This document shows, one piece after another, positions 12,402 to 25,200 of a stretch of 64,000 nt of DNA. A program made the position numbers and the translations under genes. The notes under the pieces were generated by a model, which was not told the origin of the DNA, did no database searches, and saw only the letters and a list, made by a program, of their open reading frames with translations. Each line of letters opens with the position of its first letter. The first letter of the stretch is position 1. Origin of the DNA: Squalus acanthias. Lineage: Eukaryota. The DNA lies in assembly GCA_030390025.1 (NCBI GenBank), contig CM059425.1, positions 160,952,001-161,016,000 on the forward strand, written 5' to 3'.

Positions 12402-15037
12402 CTTCAACCATCTGCAGCCTATGCTCCTGGACATTTCGGGTCAATTTTCTTGCTGTAGAAATGAGTTAGAGTACATTTTGTCAATTTTAATTTTTAAAAA
12501 CATCAAAAGTATGTATAATCTACCAACCATACACAAAATGATGCCACCTTGATTTTCCCTTGCTTGCAACTGCTCTGTGACCTCATACTTGAAGCTCCAG
12601 ACCTCCAAGAACACACAGGCCCATACCATATGACATCATAGTACATTAGTCCACAGCCAGAACGAGTGCATCTGGAAATGATGAAAAACAAGATAAAAAT
12701 ACAACTTGAGTAGTGAAGAAAGACGAGCAACAGGTATATGATGTGTATCTGCCATTTCCCATCATAACCTTTATCCTTCCACTAGTGATGGCACTGAATG
12801 CCTCCACTGACAGCATAATTAATGCATGACAAGTATACATAGACAATTTTTATTATAACGTAGACATATAAATTTATAATTGAAAAAGTTGACAGGAAGT
12901 GGACACATTTTTAAAATATCAAAGATATATTTTCCTTTGATTTTCATCTTCGTAAGAAAGCTCAATTTGTTGCAAGATGTATTAATATAATCGATAGTTT
13001 AAATTGTTCACTACAGTGAAGTCTTGCATAAACATCACCTTTAATATGTAATAACCATGCTCGGTTTGAGAGAATAGCAACCTTTTTCGTTCTTACTTTT
13101 TAATGCTTTTTTGCCTGTGTTATTTTCTTTTCTTCCTTTGCTTGGGTTCCCCCACCACTTTGTACCATTCTTTAAATGAAAGGGCAGGAGAGTGATTAAT
13201 CCCTAGGCCCCCGATAGTGCTGCTGCTGAGCTGGCCACCAGGGAGAAAGCAAGAATAGCCCTAGGGTGCTTCACCCTCTGATAATTTTTATACCCCTCCT
13301 TGTGGGGAAGCAACTTGGTAAATGTTCAGTGTCTCCCCCTGACAGCAAGCCTGAGATCATGAATTCCCTGTATGAGGAATTACAGACAAAAAAATGATTC
13401 TACTGCTCTGCGGAACATTGCATTGGAGCAACAGTGGACTGCACCTCCCTGCTCTGCCCTAAAACAGTGAGATTTACCACAAATAATATTTTAATTCTTA
13501 AAACCTGTGAGATTTAGATTTGTTAAGGCCTGTAAGTGTAATAATTCTTCAATACAATTAGAATAATTTAGGCATTCTGTCTGATTTTTTTCCTTATTTA
13601 TGTGATCATAAAAAACAAATGCATTCTTCAAATGAAAATGCATCTACAAAAAGTATTTTGGAAAGCAAACTCTAAATATTAAACACTGAAATGGATGTCA
13701 TATGTATAAGTCATAATTTCATATCAACCTTTTCCTTTAAATGTCAATGCAAATAAAGATATGTCTTTAACGTTCTTGGGTGTATGTCTTTATTGGTTTC
13801 ATATGATAACCTTTTTGGAAAGTGCATAAGAATTTATTGCACATCTGTTCTGTATTTTCTTTTTTATTAGGAAAAAGGGGATGAAACAAATCCCCCACCC
13901 CCGCCTCCCCTTCCCAGTACAGCTCCATCAACGTTATTAGAGGTGGGGCCTACCTGCAAAGGATTTATTGATTATTTCATAAACTATACTGAAATGACTT
14001 TGGTAGGGAAAATGAGTTAAACAAAGAGGTCCAAAGGTGTAAGAGCAAATATGAAAAGTTCATGCCAATGTTGAAGTCATGCAGTGCGGTTTGCAATAAA
14101 AAAAGGACAAAGCCCACATCTTTAATTCAGTAGTGGCTAGTAAATAAGTGGAATGAAAATCAAACCGCTCTGGTTTATAGGTACACATGTGTGGAATTGT
14201 AGATCAGCTGGCTTTTATTTTCTGGGGTTGGGTCAGCCGCCCTTTTGTAAATGTATTTTTCACCCGATATTTAACTGCTCCCCCCTCCCCCACAAGCTGT
14301 GCACCATTACCTGGCTAAGGGCTTGTGCACACAATCTGTCCACAGCCACTGCCAGTGTCCAGTCTGGCAGGGTGCCTTGTACTTTGATATTCCCTAATTC
14401 TTTGTGGTGGTGGTGGGGGGGGGGTGTTGCCTGGCACCTGCTAACTGTCTCTACTTGATAGCACAGCTGTGGCTGGGAACTCCCCACGTTGGCAACTGGG
14501 GTAATGAATGGAGGGCCTACACATGGTGTTCTGGGCGTCAATGCATAATTCCACTGGAATGTGTCTTTTGCATGCGTGCCACAGGTTGGCATAAGGTATA
14601 TAAGGGGCTTCGTGAAAAAGGCAGTGGCAAATACCGTTATGATCCGAAAAGAAATCTGTACTAGGCATCAGTTACTTCTAGGAATTAGGACTTCTAACAA
14701 CTCTTTATAGCACACTTCCCCTGTCTAAAACAGGGAAAGATTTTCACTCCAGACTTTTAATTGATTTTATTTGGTCTCTGGTCTCATGAGCGTCACAAAT
14801 GTTAGGTTATTTATTTACTCTGCAAAAATCACACTGACCAGCGTTCCAAATAGTGAGTTCTGAACCTCAGGCATGCCGAGCAGAGGATATAGTGTTTTCC
14901 TGCGGAGAGGGAAGAAAAATAAACAGAAGGCAAGTCACCCTGAGTCTCTCTCTCGCTCACCTCTTATTGACTGACTACAGAGCCATGGCCTAGCAGCAGA
15001 TCCATTCCATGTTCACGATTCCAAAGGGTTTTAGTTT

Positions 15038-15510
15038 TATTAGTAGTCTCTTACATGGGACCTTGTCAAAAGCTTTCTGGCACAAATAAATCACAACACA
15101 GGGAGTTCCACTACCTACTTTATTTGTAACATCTTCAAAGAAGTTAAGGAGGTTTGTTAACAGGACCTTCCGTTATAAACTGCTCTAGCTGTTTTTATTA
15201 AGTATTGCTATATAGCTACTTTTCCAGCCTACTTCTTAGTATTCTTTCCATTATTTCACCTGATAGTGATTTAAGGGCTCTGTAGTTACCTGGGTCAGAT
15301 TTGTCTTCCATTTTTTAAAAAGATAGCTACAAATTTTCTTTAATTCCAATCCTGTGAAACCTTTCCAGTACTCAATGAATCTTTCAGGACTATGAAAACT
15401 GCTGTCTGCGCCCGCCCCCACCAACACTTCACAAATTTCTTTCCTAGTCACCTTCAGCAACATAGGATGTATGCCATCCGGCCCAGGGAATTTCTTAGTC
15501 TTCAGTTCAC
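15038..15510 (-). mobile_element. Old CR1 RT fragment
   Basis: Reverse strand retains degenerate QKAFDKVP-like (gggaccttgtcaaaagctttctgg), FFEDVT-like and PGPDGIHP-like (ggatgtatgccatccggcccaggg) segments. Confidence 0.7.
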
Positions 15511-15569
15511 TTAATTATGAACTATTGTCTCCACATTGATTTCCAAATCCTCTAGGGTATTTGTTGCAC

Positions 15570-15999
15570 TACAATACTTTTAACCCCCCTCCCCCCACCC
15601 CAGATACTGCGGACAACCATCTATACCGGACAATTAACACTAGCCATTTGCCATTCCTATAGATGTCACTCACAAAGACACCGCTGATACCGTATTAAGT
15701 GCTCTGGCTATTCCAGGCAGACTCAGCAGTTCGCACCTTGTAAAAGTGTGATTACCGTGACTACTTAATCTCCTATCATTGTTATTGGGTTAAATCTTGC
15801 ACTAATCAGCATTGACTGCAGCAGCAAAATGGCTGGAAAGAGGAAAGCGATGAGCTTCAGCGTGAAAACTGACCTCCTAAACAAGACGGATGAACTGCTG
15901 AAGATGAGGCAGTATGATCTAACGCAAAACCACGATCTCCAAAATCTACTGTTGCTACTCATTTTACTTCCAGCTCATACAGTGGGCAAAACGCATTAA
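15570..15999 (+). mobile_element. Tigger/pogo DNA transposon 5' remnant
   Basis: ATG at 15829 reads MAGKRKAMSFSVKTDLLNKTDELLKMRQYDL, then PKSTVAT (15939) and IL across compensating frameshifts. This resembles the CENP-B/psq-type N-terminal HTH. A repeated CGGACAA motif lies near 15610-15632. Confidence 0.5.
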
Positions 16000-16082
16000 C
16001 GCGATATGGACTGTAATTGTGTAGTAAGCCAATATTTCCCTCCCCAATGAATACTTCCAGAAAACAATCATTAAGAAAATTA

Positions 16083-16725
16083 GGGGGAAAAATTCGTTAT
16101 TGACCATTTTGAGGTGCTAACAGCGCCTGGGTGCAAACTTTAGCACCCGGCGCTAATTAGCACCGGCAACCGCGAAATTCAGTTTTAGTGCCCCAAGAGG
16201 GAGGTGGAGCGCGAAATCAAGCACTCCACTTCCTTCTTGGAGCGCTAACCCCGAATATCGGGGCGGAGACTTCAGCAGCGCTGCACACTGAGCCGTTCAG
16301 AGCTGCCACGTTCAAAGGTTCCTTCCCTCCCTTTAAAGGGAAGAGCCATCGCTGCAGGCTCTGCAATAGAAAAATTACCTACCTGGACCACCGAGGCAGT
16401 TTTTTTTTTACTTACCTCAGCCACCTCGCCTTTAATCATCGCCCCCAAAGTGACCGGCCGCCCGATGCACGCCTCCTGCAGCTGTCGGTGTTTTCGACTG
16501 GCACTGCTGCAGGGGCCGAAAGTCCATTTCGGGTCCGGGGTGCTACCGGGGCGATGCGCACGGCGATGACGTCACGATCTCCGGGCAACGCCGTAGCACC
16601 GTAGCGCCGCCGCAAAACTCCCGATGTCAGCGCGCGCCTGGTCGCAAAGCATTTTGCACCCCGTTAGCGCCCCCCCCCCCCCGGTGGTGCTAATGAGAGA
16701 CGCAAAGGCACCCAATTTCTCCCCC
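16083..16725. mobile_element. PIF/Harbinger-type MITE with TTA target-site duplication
   Basis: TIRs GGGGGAAAAATT and (rc) GGGGGAGAAATT, TTA on both flanks (16080-16082, 16726-16728), repeated subterminal G(C/T)GCTAA motifs, CpG-rich. Confidence 0.8.
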
Positions 16726-17832
16726 TTATTTTCCCTTCATTATCAAATATGAGCATTATCTGGTTTAATTTCAGATTTCCAGTATCCACGTTTTTTACCA
16801 TTATTTTCTTGTATAGTAACTCCGCTTGCTCACAAATTTTCTATTTCCATGTATACAAATACCCAAGTTACAGCTATATTGGTGGCAGTGGTGATGCTAC
16901 ACTTTCCATATTGCTGAATGGCATGAAACTACAACTGGACTTCTGTTGGTATAGTATCTGCCCTGCTGAAAAGTCAATAAAATGTGGTCCATCTGTGTGA
17001 AATCAATGACCATGAAGGGGTTGCAGCTCAACAAAGACTTTAACAAATTTAGAAAAACACACATCAGTCCTGCAACAAACAAAAGGAAATGTTGAAATAT
17101 CATTGTGCAATGAACTAATCTAAATACTGCAGTCAGAATGTTTCATTAAACACAGCAGCCCAGTGAAGTGGTTAAGTATAATTTCAGACACTTTCAACAA
17201 ACCAACAAGCCTGATTACAATCTGATGTCTTCACAGATGCTGGAGTGAACTGAGCAAGCTAATAAGTGTAGCAATACATATCTGTGGCCAACAATCATGC
17301 AATTACTGTGCGCACACACACACCCCTTCTCAGTAACTCTCCAGCATGATTCCTTACAAGCATGTACTGTATAGTTATTCATACAGATTCAATATCTGTT
17401 GTCACTGCCAGTGAGGGTGTGTGGGCTTTGTATAAAGAGAAGTCAAAAACCATTGGAGGCTTGTTGAGGCTTTTCCCAGATAGCTACGATTTACAAATCA
17501 CATGTAAAGTTCTGTCAGACACTCGCTACAAATTCTTTGGCATGCTTTTATTGCTCTTCTGTTGAGTTGCTAATATTCTAAGGTATCATTCATGCTCTGA
17601 TAATTATTATCCAATAGGACTTTTCACTGGTAGCTGAATGGAGGTTGACTTCATTCTTTAATATTTTGAGGATGAGTTCTCAGAATTACAAGAGTGTTTC
17701 TGGGTGCTGACTGAGCTCATTACCAATCCATGAAGAAGCTACTTCATTTTGTCCCTTTCTAGTTTAGAGACACTTGAAAATAAGTTTTACTGGAACCCAT
17801 TAAGAATATTCCCCTTTTGTGGAATGTTGTAG

Positions 17833-17941
17833 CATGACAGAGTTTCAATACACTGCTATAATATAGCATCATATGTACTCAGTTCACTGTCCAACAAGTC
17901 CCTGATTGCAGACAACTCACCAGACAACCCTCTTAGCCAAG
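17833..17941 (+). pseudogene. Candidate exon D of the unidentified gene
   Basis: Weak acceptor ttgtAG, donor AAG|GTAAGG (17942). Open frame HDRVSIHCYNIASYVLSSLSNKSLIADNSPDNPLSQ, phase 0 to 1. Confidence 0.35.
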
Positions 17942-18874
17942 GTAAGGAACATGAAATAAAAGAAAATGCACGATTACAATAAAGCCCCAGAATTCTGATC
18001 ATGGCTAAGGTGGAATGCCGGCAGATCTCCGGAGTGGGGCTCGCAAAATGGAGCGGATTCCAGTTACACCGGGATCTTTCGCCAACACCCCTATGTCCTT
18101 ATAAAACCTCAGTGGAACTCTCACCAGCTGAAAGGCCCAGGAGTTCTGCAGACAAAGGCAATTGATCCCAGATGGGATTGATTACCTTGTTTGTCCCAGC
18201 AAATGGTTCCTTTCGGAGTTAAGACATTTTTTTGCTATGTTTTCTTAGGCCTAGGAGGGCCTCAGGGAACTTGTGGTGGAGAGGCTGTGAGCGGCTCTGC
18301 CTTACAAGTGTACATCGGAGCGAGTGCCACTGAAGCAGCCTTGCTGGCGGCCCATCCTGACCATGCAAATGACCCCCATCCCTGAAATTTGGGACAGGGT
18401 TTGCAGCTTACTGCACGGGACGATAAAGGTTCTGCTCCACAATTCTTCCATCGGCAAGGCAGCCCCAGCAGAAATTCCAGATCTCAGAATGTATTTAGAT
18501 CAGTATAAAACCGTTTCAGTCCACATCAATGTGAAAGTGGCAGTATAACTTGGAAGTCAGGTTGTGAAGCTGACTGCTGAGTGCATTGAAGCCAAATGCT
18601 ATGAAATCTAATAGGTTTGTGAACTTACTTCCAATGTTTTTAACATTAGGAGAAAGTGGATGCCCTCACCAATGCTCTCCTAACATTAAAAACAAGGGAA
18701 TAGAGCTTTGTGCACTTATCCAAGCAGACATATGCAGAACTCTTTATTTCTAAATTCAATGCAAGGTGCAGCTGACAGAATAGCTCAGCTGACCGCAGTC
18801 TAAAGATACTGGTCTGAGGCTGGTATTCACTGTATAAGTGCAGCATCAGATTCCTTTTTCCTGTTTCCCATTAG

Positions 18875-20033
18875 GAATCCAGCAAAGCCTCTACCAGTGC
18901 ATTTCTGAGTGACTGTGCACGGCTAACATTGGCAACTTGCATGTGGGGAATTTGCAGACACAAACTTACATCCTTTAACTCCACAACACAGAGCTGCATC
19001 ACCAAGCTGCACTCGGGAAGAGATGAAATGGAAATCGTTATTAACAGAACTTGCAAAACTCAGAACTTCTGATGAAACAAGTAGTATTCAATGCCATTCT
19101 CTAGCAAACAGAAAACTGAGGGGTGACCTGATAGAGGTCTTTAAGATTATGAAAGGGTTTGATAGGGAAGAAGTAGATAAGATGTTTCTACTTGTGGGGA
19201 GTCCAAAACTAGGAGGCATAAATATGATTGTCACTAATAAATCCAATAGGGAATTCAGGAGAAACTTCTATACCCAGAGCATGGTTAGAATCTGGAACTC
19301 ACTACCACAAGGTTGAGGCGAATAGCAATGATGCATTTAAGGGGAAGCTAGATAAACACATGAGGGAGAAAGGAATGGAAGGTTATGCTGATATGGTTAG
19401 ATGAAGAGGGGTGGTTTGTATAGAGTGTAAACACTGGCATGGACCCAATACTGCATCCAGTGTGCATTACACGGATACACTGAACAATTGTGGAATGAAT
19501 GTAAATGGCACATCCAGTAGCACTAGGGAGATGTGGGGGAGAGAGACACCTCACTGACCCATGGAGTGAAGTATACTTGGGATATTCTAAAGCTTCCAAA
19601 TCAAAGGCATGGATCCCAAACAGAAAGGAAATAATACCCTTAACTCTTCTGGTACTTACAAGTAAACATATCATTCACAGAAATGTGAGATTTATTGATT
19701 AAACAGAGTGATCCACATCAAAATAAGTTACACTTTGAAATCAAAATTAGTGATTGCACTCCAAATGGGTGAGTTTTGATAGAGATAGAAGCAGTCAGGG
19801 AGACCAATTTTTCAAATTTAGAAAGTGAGGGATATTCAGAGGTACACAAAGAAACCACCCAGTAGAACTGTTATACTAAGGAACGCCCAAGGTGAAAGTG
19901 CAGAAACAAAACACTACAGAAATCTTAAATAACTGTAATAATCTGAAAGTACAGACATTGATAATTCCAGACCATTGTCCTTAATAGTAAACTATAGAGA
20001 TTATAAAGTAGATTCACATATAAAGGAGCATCG
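18875..20033 (+). pseudogene. Candidate large exon E, disrupted by stops, frameshifts and a CR1 insertion
   Basis: Strong acceptor ttcctttttcctgtttcccattAG, donor CG|GTAACA (20034, phase 2). Coding-like patches (EEMKWKSLLTELAKLRTSDET; SESTDIDNSRPLSLIVNYRDYKVDSHIKEH) lie in shifting frames. Confidence 0.35.
19093..19445 (+). mobile_element. CR1 LINE 3' fragment
   Basis: Translates LRGDLIEVFKIMKGFDR...FRRNFYTQSMVRIWNSLPQ, the CR1 ORF2 C-terminus. Confidence 0.9.
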
Positions 20034-21235
20034 GTAACAGCAGCCACAATTTGGACACCATTTCTTAGGATGCAGTTGTACTGTCACTTTTATGCCAATT
20101 TGCAGCAGTTTTGAGTGTGCATTGATGACAAAGTAGCAGCATAATTGGGTCCTGTTCTGATTATAGAATGCACTAAGACCGAGTGATGTCAGGCTCCTTT
20201 GGGGATGCTGCCTCACAACACTTGGGCTCGGCACCATATGAAGTAGAATTCCAGTGCAGCGTGAAACTGGACTTAAAAAGAGCTTAGGCCGTCTTACTGG
20301 ACATTCCCAACTGTTCTAATAAAAATATTACTGGCCAGGGGGTAAAATTCTGTTGCTGCAAGCTTTGCACATGGACAGCACTCTCTCCTGACAGGCAGAG
20401 TGAGATTTGCAGTATAACATTTCACTCTCTACAGTTATTGGTCTCAGACTAGCAGTGTAACATCACTGCAATCTTAGTGTTGACCCAAGTATTATATAAA
20501 CCCTATGCTAAAGTTGCATGATTATGACTTAAGCAGGTCAGAGGCCATGCCAGTGTGTGTGTGTGTTAGGATGGTTGGTGACTTGCATCAGATGTATGAC
20601 AGTTACTGTATTTACACTTTCTATTTTAAATAATAGTTTAAAACTGAATATTCTCAAAACCCTAATGGTGACGGCTCAAAATATAATTGAAACAATGCAA
20701 ACAAACAGAGTAGTTTCTAATTCACAGTATTCTTTGAAGAATTTATATTATTTAAAATCTTGTGTATGTAATATTATATTGTAATATTGGGCTGAATTTT
20801 GCCGGCGCACAGAGGTCGGGTTCGGAGGCAGGTCTGCTGTCAAAATCATTAAGATTGACAGCTGGGTGATATCCCACTCTAAACCTGCCTCCTTGTGAGT
20901 TTCCCTAGTGCTGGTTCTGCCTGCGCTTTGCAGACACGGCACTAAGCGACATGTCATGCAATTGTGCGAGTTAAGAGGGTGTTTAAAGCAATTTAATCAC
21001 CATTTTACCAGGTACAAATCATTTTCCCAAGTTTTCCACAAGGTTCTCGTTGCTCGGGGATCACGCCAGGTAAGTATGTCGGGTTCTGAACAACTCTCCA
21101 TTTCTTTCATTAGGTGACAGCTGCAAACGTGGTTTAAAACCTACCATTTTACAGCTGGTCACTTTCCAATCTCAGAAGCTTCAGCCTTCAGTATTTGGAA
21201 CCCACGTTTGAGCTTTATGCACTTTAGAAGTGTTT

Positions 21236-22748
21236 ACATAGAAACATAGAAGATAGGAGCAGGAGTAGGCCATTCGGCCCCTCGAGCCTGCTCCACCATT
21301 CGATGAGATCATGGCTGATCATCTAAACTCAGTACCCTGTACCTGCCTTCTCCCCATATCCCTTGATACCTTTAGCTTTAAGAAATATATCTAACTCATC
21401 CTTGAATATATTTAATGACTTCGCCTCAACTACCTTCTGTGGTAGAGAATTCCACAGGTTCACCACTCTCTGGGTGAAGAAATTCTTCCTCATTTCTGTC
21501 CTAAATGGTTTACCCGTTATCCGTAGATTATGACCCCTGGTTCTGGACTCTCCGACCATCGGGAACATTCTTCCTGCATCTAGTTTGTCCAGACCTGTCA
21601 GAATTTTATATGTTTCGATGAGATCCCCTCTCATTCTTCTATACTCCAGTGAGTATAAGCCCAATCGACCCAATCTCTCCTCATATGTCATTCCTGCCAT
21701 CCCAGGTATCAGCCTTGTGAATCTTCGCTGAACTCCTTCCATGGCAAGAACATGCTTCCTCAGATAAGGCGACCAAAACTGCACACAGTACTCAAGGTGT
21801 GGTCTCACCAAGGCCCTGTACAACTGCAGCAGGACATCCCTGTTCCTATACTCAAACCCTTTCGCTATGAAGGCCAACATACCATTTGCCTTCTTCACCG
21901 CCTGCTGCACCTGCATGCTTACTTTCAGCGACTGGTGCACAAGGACACCCAGGTCTCGTTGCACTTCCCCTTCTCCCAATCTATTGCCATTCAGATAATA
22001 GTCTGCCTTTCTGTTTTTGACACCAAAGTGGATAACCTCGCACTTATCCACATTATATTGCATCTGCCACGCTTCTGCCCACTCACCCAACCTGTCCAGA
22101 TCATCCTGGAGTTTCTCGCTATCCTCCTCGCTGCACACACTCCCACCCAGCTTTGTGTCATCTGCAAACTTGGAGATATTACATTTAATTCCCTTATCTA
22201 GATCATTAATGTATATTGTGAATAGCTGGGGTCCAAGGACCGATCCCTGCGGTACCCCACTAGTCACTGCTTGCCACTCGGAAAAAGACCCATTAATTCC
22301 TACTCTCTGCTTTCTGTCCGCCAACCAGTTCTCTATCCAAGTCAATACCTTGCCCCCAATCCCATGTGCCTTAACTTTACCCGCTAATCTCTTATGCGGG
22401 ACCTTATCGAAAGCCTTTTGAAAGTCCAAATACACCACATCTACTGGTTCTCCCTTATCTATTTTCCCAGTTACATCCTCAAAAAATTCCAGTAGATTAG
22501 TCAAGCACGATTTACCTTTTGTAAATCCATGTTGACTTTGTCCGATCCTGTCACTGTTTTTCAAATGCTCAGCTATTACATCCTTTATAATGGACTCGAG
22601 CATTTTCCCCACTACCGATGTCAGGCTTACCGGTCTGTAATTCCCCGCTTTCTCTCTACCACCCTTTTTGAATAGTGGGGTAACATTAGCTACCCTCCAA
22701 TCCATGGGTACAGTTCCAGATTCCATCGAATGTTGGAAGATGATCAGC
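21236..22748 (-). mobile_element. Young 5'-truncated CR1 LINE with an uninterrupted 465-codon RT frame (21329-22726)
   Basis: [44 protein letters not shown] and FADD with no stops; tail (TTTCTATG)n. The endonuclease region is absent, so this is not a functional gene. Confidence 0.97.
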
Positions 22749-23127
22749 AGTTTGGAGTAATCTCTCTATCCACTGTCACCTCCTTGGAACAACCTGTCTC
22801 AGCATTGACAGATTACTTCTGTCATCTCAACCTCACCTGCCATCTATTCCATCAGCATCGGTACCCTTGAAAAAATCTCACCTTGGTTCTCAGAATCCCA
22901 ACACGATCAGCCCCAACACCAGCATCACCGGGCACACCAGCAGCACCAACATCCACACCAACCTTCTCCGCAAACAACTGATGCTGCACTGGACACAGGG
23001 CATCATGACCCATGCACATTGCTGCCCAGGATGCCAGTGATGGCCTCACCATGTCCAGATTTGCTTCACTTAACACTGTATACCCTGGCTGCCACATGAT
23101 GCACCAGGTTGGCACCACCCCACACCA

Positions 23128-23675
23128 GCACCATCTACAAGGCACAAGTAAGGAGTGTGATGGAATACTCTCCACTTGCCTGGATGAGTGCAGCTCCAAC
23201 AACACTCAAGAAGCTCGACATCATCCAGGACAAAGCAGCCCGCTTGATTGGCATCCCATCCACCACCTTAAACATTCACTCCCTCCACCACCAGTGTACT
23301 GTGGCTGCAGTGTGTACCATCTACAAGATGCACTGCAGCAACTTGCCAAGGCTTCTTCGGCAGCACCTCCCAAACCCGCGACTTCTACCACCTAGAAGGA
23401 CAAGGGCAGCAGGCGCATGGGAACACCACCACCTCCAAGTTCCCCTCCAAGTCACACACCATCCTGACTTGGAAGTATATCGCTGATCCTTCATCGTCGC
23501 TGGGTCAAAATCCTGGAACTCCCTCCCTAACAGCACTGTGGAAGTACCTTCACCACACGGACTGCAACGGTTCAAGAAGGCGGCTCACCACCACTTTCTC
23601 AAGGGCAATTAGGGATGGGCAATAAATGCTGGCCTTGCCAGCGATGCCCAGATCCCATGAACGAATTTTAAAAAA
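23128..23675 (+). mobile_element. 3' fragment of a second CR1-group LINE family
   Basis: TIYKAQVRSVMEYSPLAWMSAAPTTLKKLDIIQDKAARLIG is a post-RT region of CR1-group ORF2. A-rich end. Confidence 0.85.
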
Positions 23676-24127
23676 GCATTCCTACAATGTCCAAGCCATT
23701 CCTTTCACACTCATCACCATTGGTGTGTGTGTGGGGGGGGGGGGGGATGTTATGTCTCACCATTCACTGCAACTCACTAAGACACTTCCAAAGGTGCATA
23801 CAAATCTGTCCAAGAACGCAAAGTGTTCAAAATAAAGATTTCAATGTTTGACAGCACATTACCAGAAACTTCACAAGAACATTGGCTAAAACACTCAAGT
23901 GCCTACCCTTGTGTGTTCTTAGTTGGTATGATTGGACTAGGATGAGTGTGAGTGTGAGGGATGGATAGTGAGATGGAGAAGTGATAATATAGATAGAGAG
24001 GGATGGGTGGAGGTACAAGCTAAGTTGGTGTGAGTAAGGATGTGCAGAAGTAGGGTAGGGAAGGCAGAGTGTTGGGGATGTGATGAGTGGCACAGGAGGA
24101 TGAGGTTGAGTGTGGCTTTGCAGTAAC

Positions 24128-24436
24128 GTTTCGTGATCTACTGAGATCATTGAAAGGTTTGCGCCACTGCAGCCTGGTCCTACTCATGACATCCCTGCTT
24201 GTGCCCTCCTGTGCAATGTGCAACCAGGCTGCATTGGTGTCCTGGGGAAGTGTCTTCCACCCATTGGAAGGGAAGAGAACCTCCCTGTGTGCTGTGACTC
24301 CCTCCATAAGCATATGGAGGGAGTCATGGGAGAGCCTGGGTGTAGACGTGCACCTCTGTGCAGTGCTTGTCAGTGTTTGCAGCACCTCAATGCTGTAGAA
24401 CACTGACAGCAGAACTGTCAAAATCAATTTGGACAT
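24128..24436 (-). pseudogene. Harbinger accessory Myb/SANT-like DNA-binding protein remnant
   Basis: PRLSHDSLHMLMEGVTAHREVLFPSNGWK...AAWLHIAQEGTSRDVMSRTRLQWRKPFNDLSRS follows the Myb/SANT trihelix pattern (F/W..L..L...V......LF; W..IA; RT..Q.RK.FNDL) of Harbinger ORF2 proteins. Confidence 0.7.
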
Positions 24437-25200
24437 GGCCCCTTTAAGGTAACCGGCTGATGACGCGTCATCAAATGACGTCATCAGACCCACTTCCTAT
24501 TAATTGGCCGTGAACCTCGCAGAGCGGGCTTAACAAGCCCCATCATCGTAAAATCTTTTTGGAGGCCGGAATTGAGACAGATGCCAGGTCCCCACACACC
24601 ACGGACATCTCCCGCCCCAGACCCGCCGAGGTTGGAAAAATCCAGCCTATTGTGTGATTGTAGTAAGCCTCTATTATGTGATTCCAGGTACCAATCAAAT
24701 CCCAACATTGGTTCATACTAACCACACAGAGCAATCAAATTGTTGGGGGGAAAAATCAAGCCATTTTCAGTTGTCATGATAATTTCACATTCCCTCTTTC
24801 CTTATTCCTCCTCCCTGGACATTTTGCCCACTCTGCCTAATCTGCTTTGTCCCAGGTCCCTCATCCTGAGTGCTCAAGCTCTGAATCACCCTCCTCCCAG
24901 GCCTACCTTGAGTGTTTCAACTCCACTGCACTCACTCCCACCAAGGCCCACCCCAAGTGCTCCAATCCCCATATCTGCTCCTAAACCTCAATTCCCTAAA
25001 GTTGACACAAAAACTCCTGCTCACATGCCCTACTACCTGATAGTATCTCTAAGAGCGTTTGGCCAGAAAATTCCCCCTTCCTGTCGCCCCCCACCCCCCA
25101 CCCCCCCCCCCCTCACTCCCCATTCCCTCCTGCTGGGACTACTAGCGATACCACTAGGGCTCTCCTAATAAAAATAAAATATGTTCTTGTAACGTTTTAG

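Larger units (their letters stand above)
20789..24648. mobile_element. Degenerate Harbinger DNA transposon hosting two nested LINEs
   Basis: Left end GGGCTGAATTTTGCC, right end (rc) AGGCTGGATTTTTCC, 3-bp ATT on both flanks (20786-20788, 24649-24651), internal Myb/SANT remnant. Confidence 0.65.

Noticed and set aside
12520-12733. Additional exon of the candidate decayed gene ending CAG|GTATAT
   Set aside because: Coding-like composition, but multiple stops and no clear acceptor, so it is not listed.
21752-22421. + strand ORFs of 134-149 aa
   Set aside because: Antisense shadows of the CR1 RT frame.
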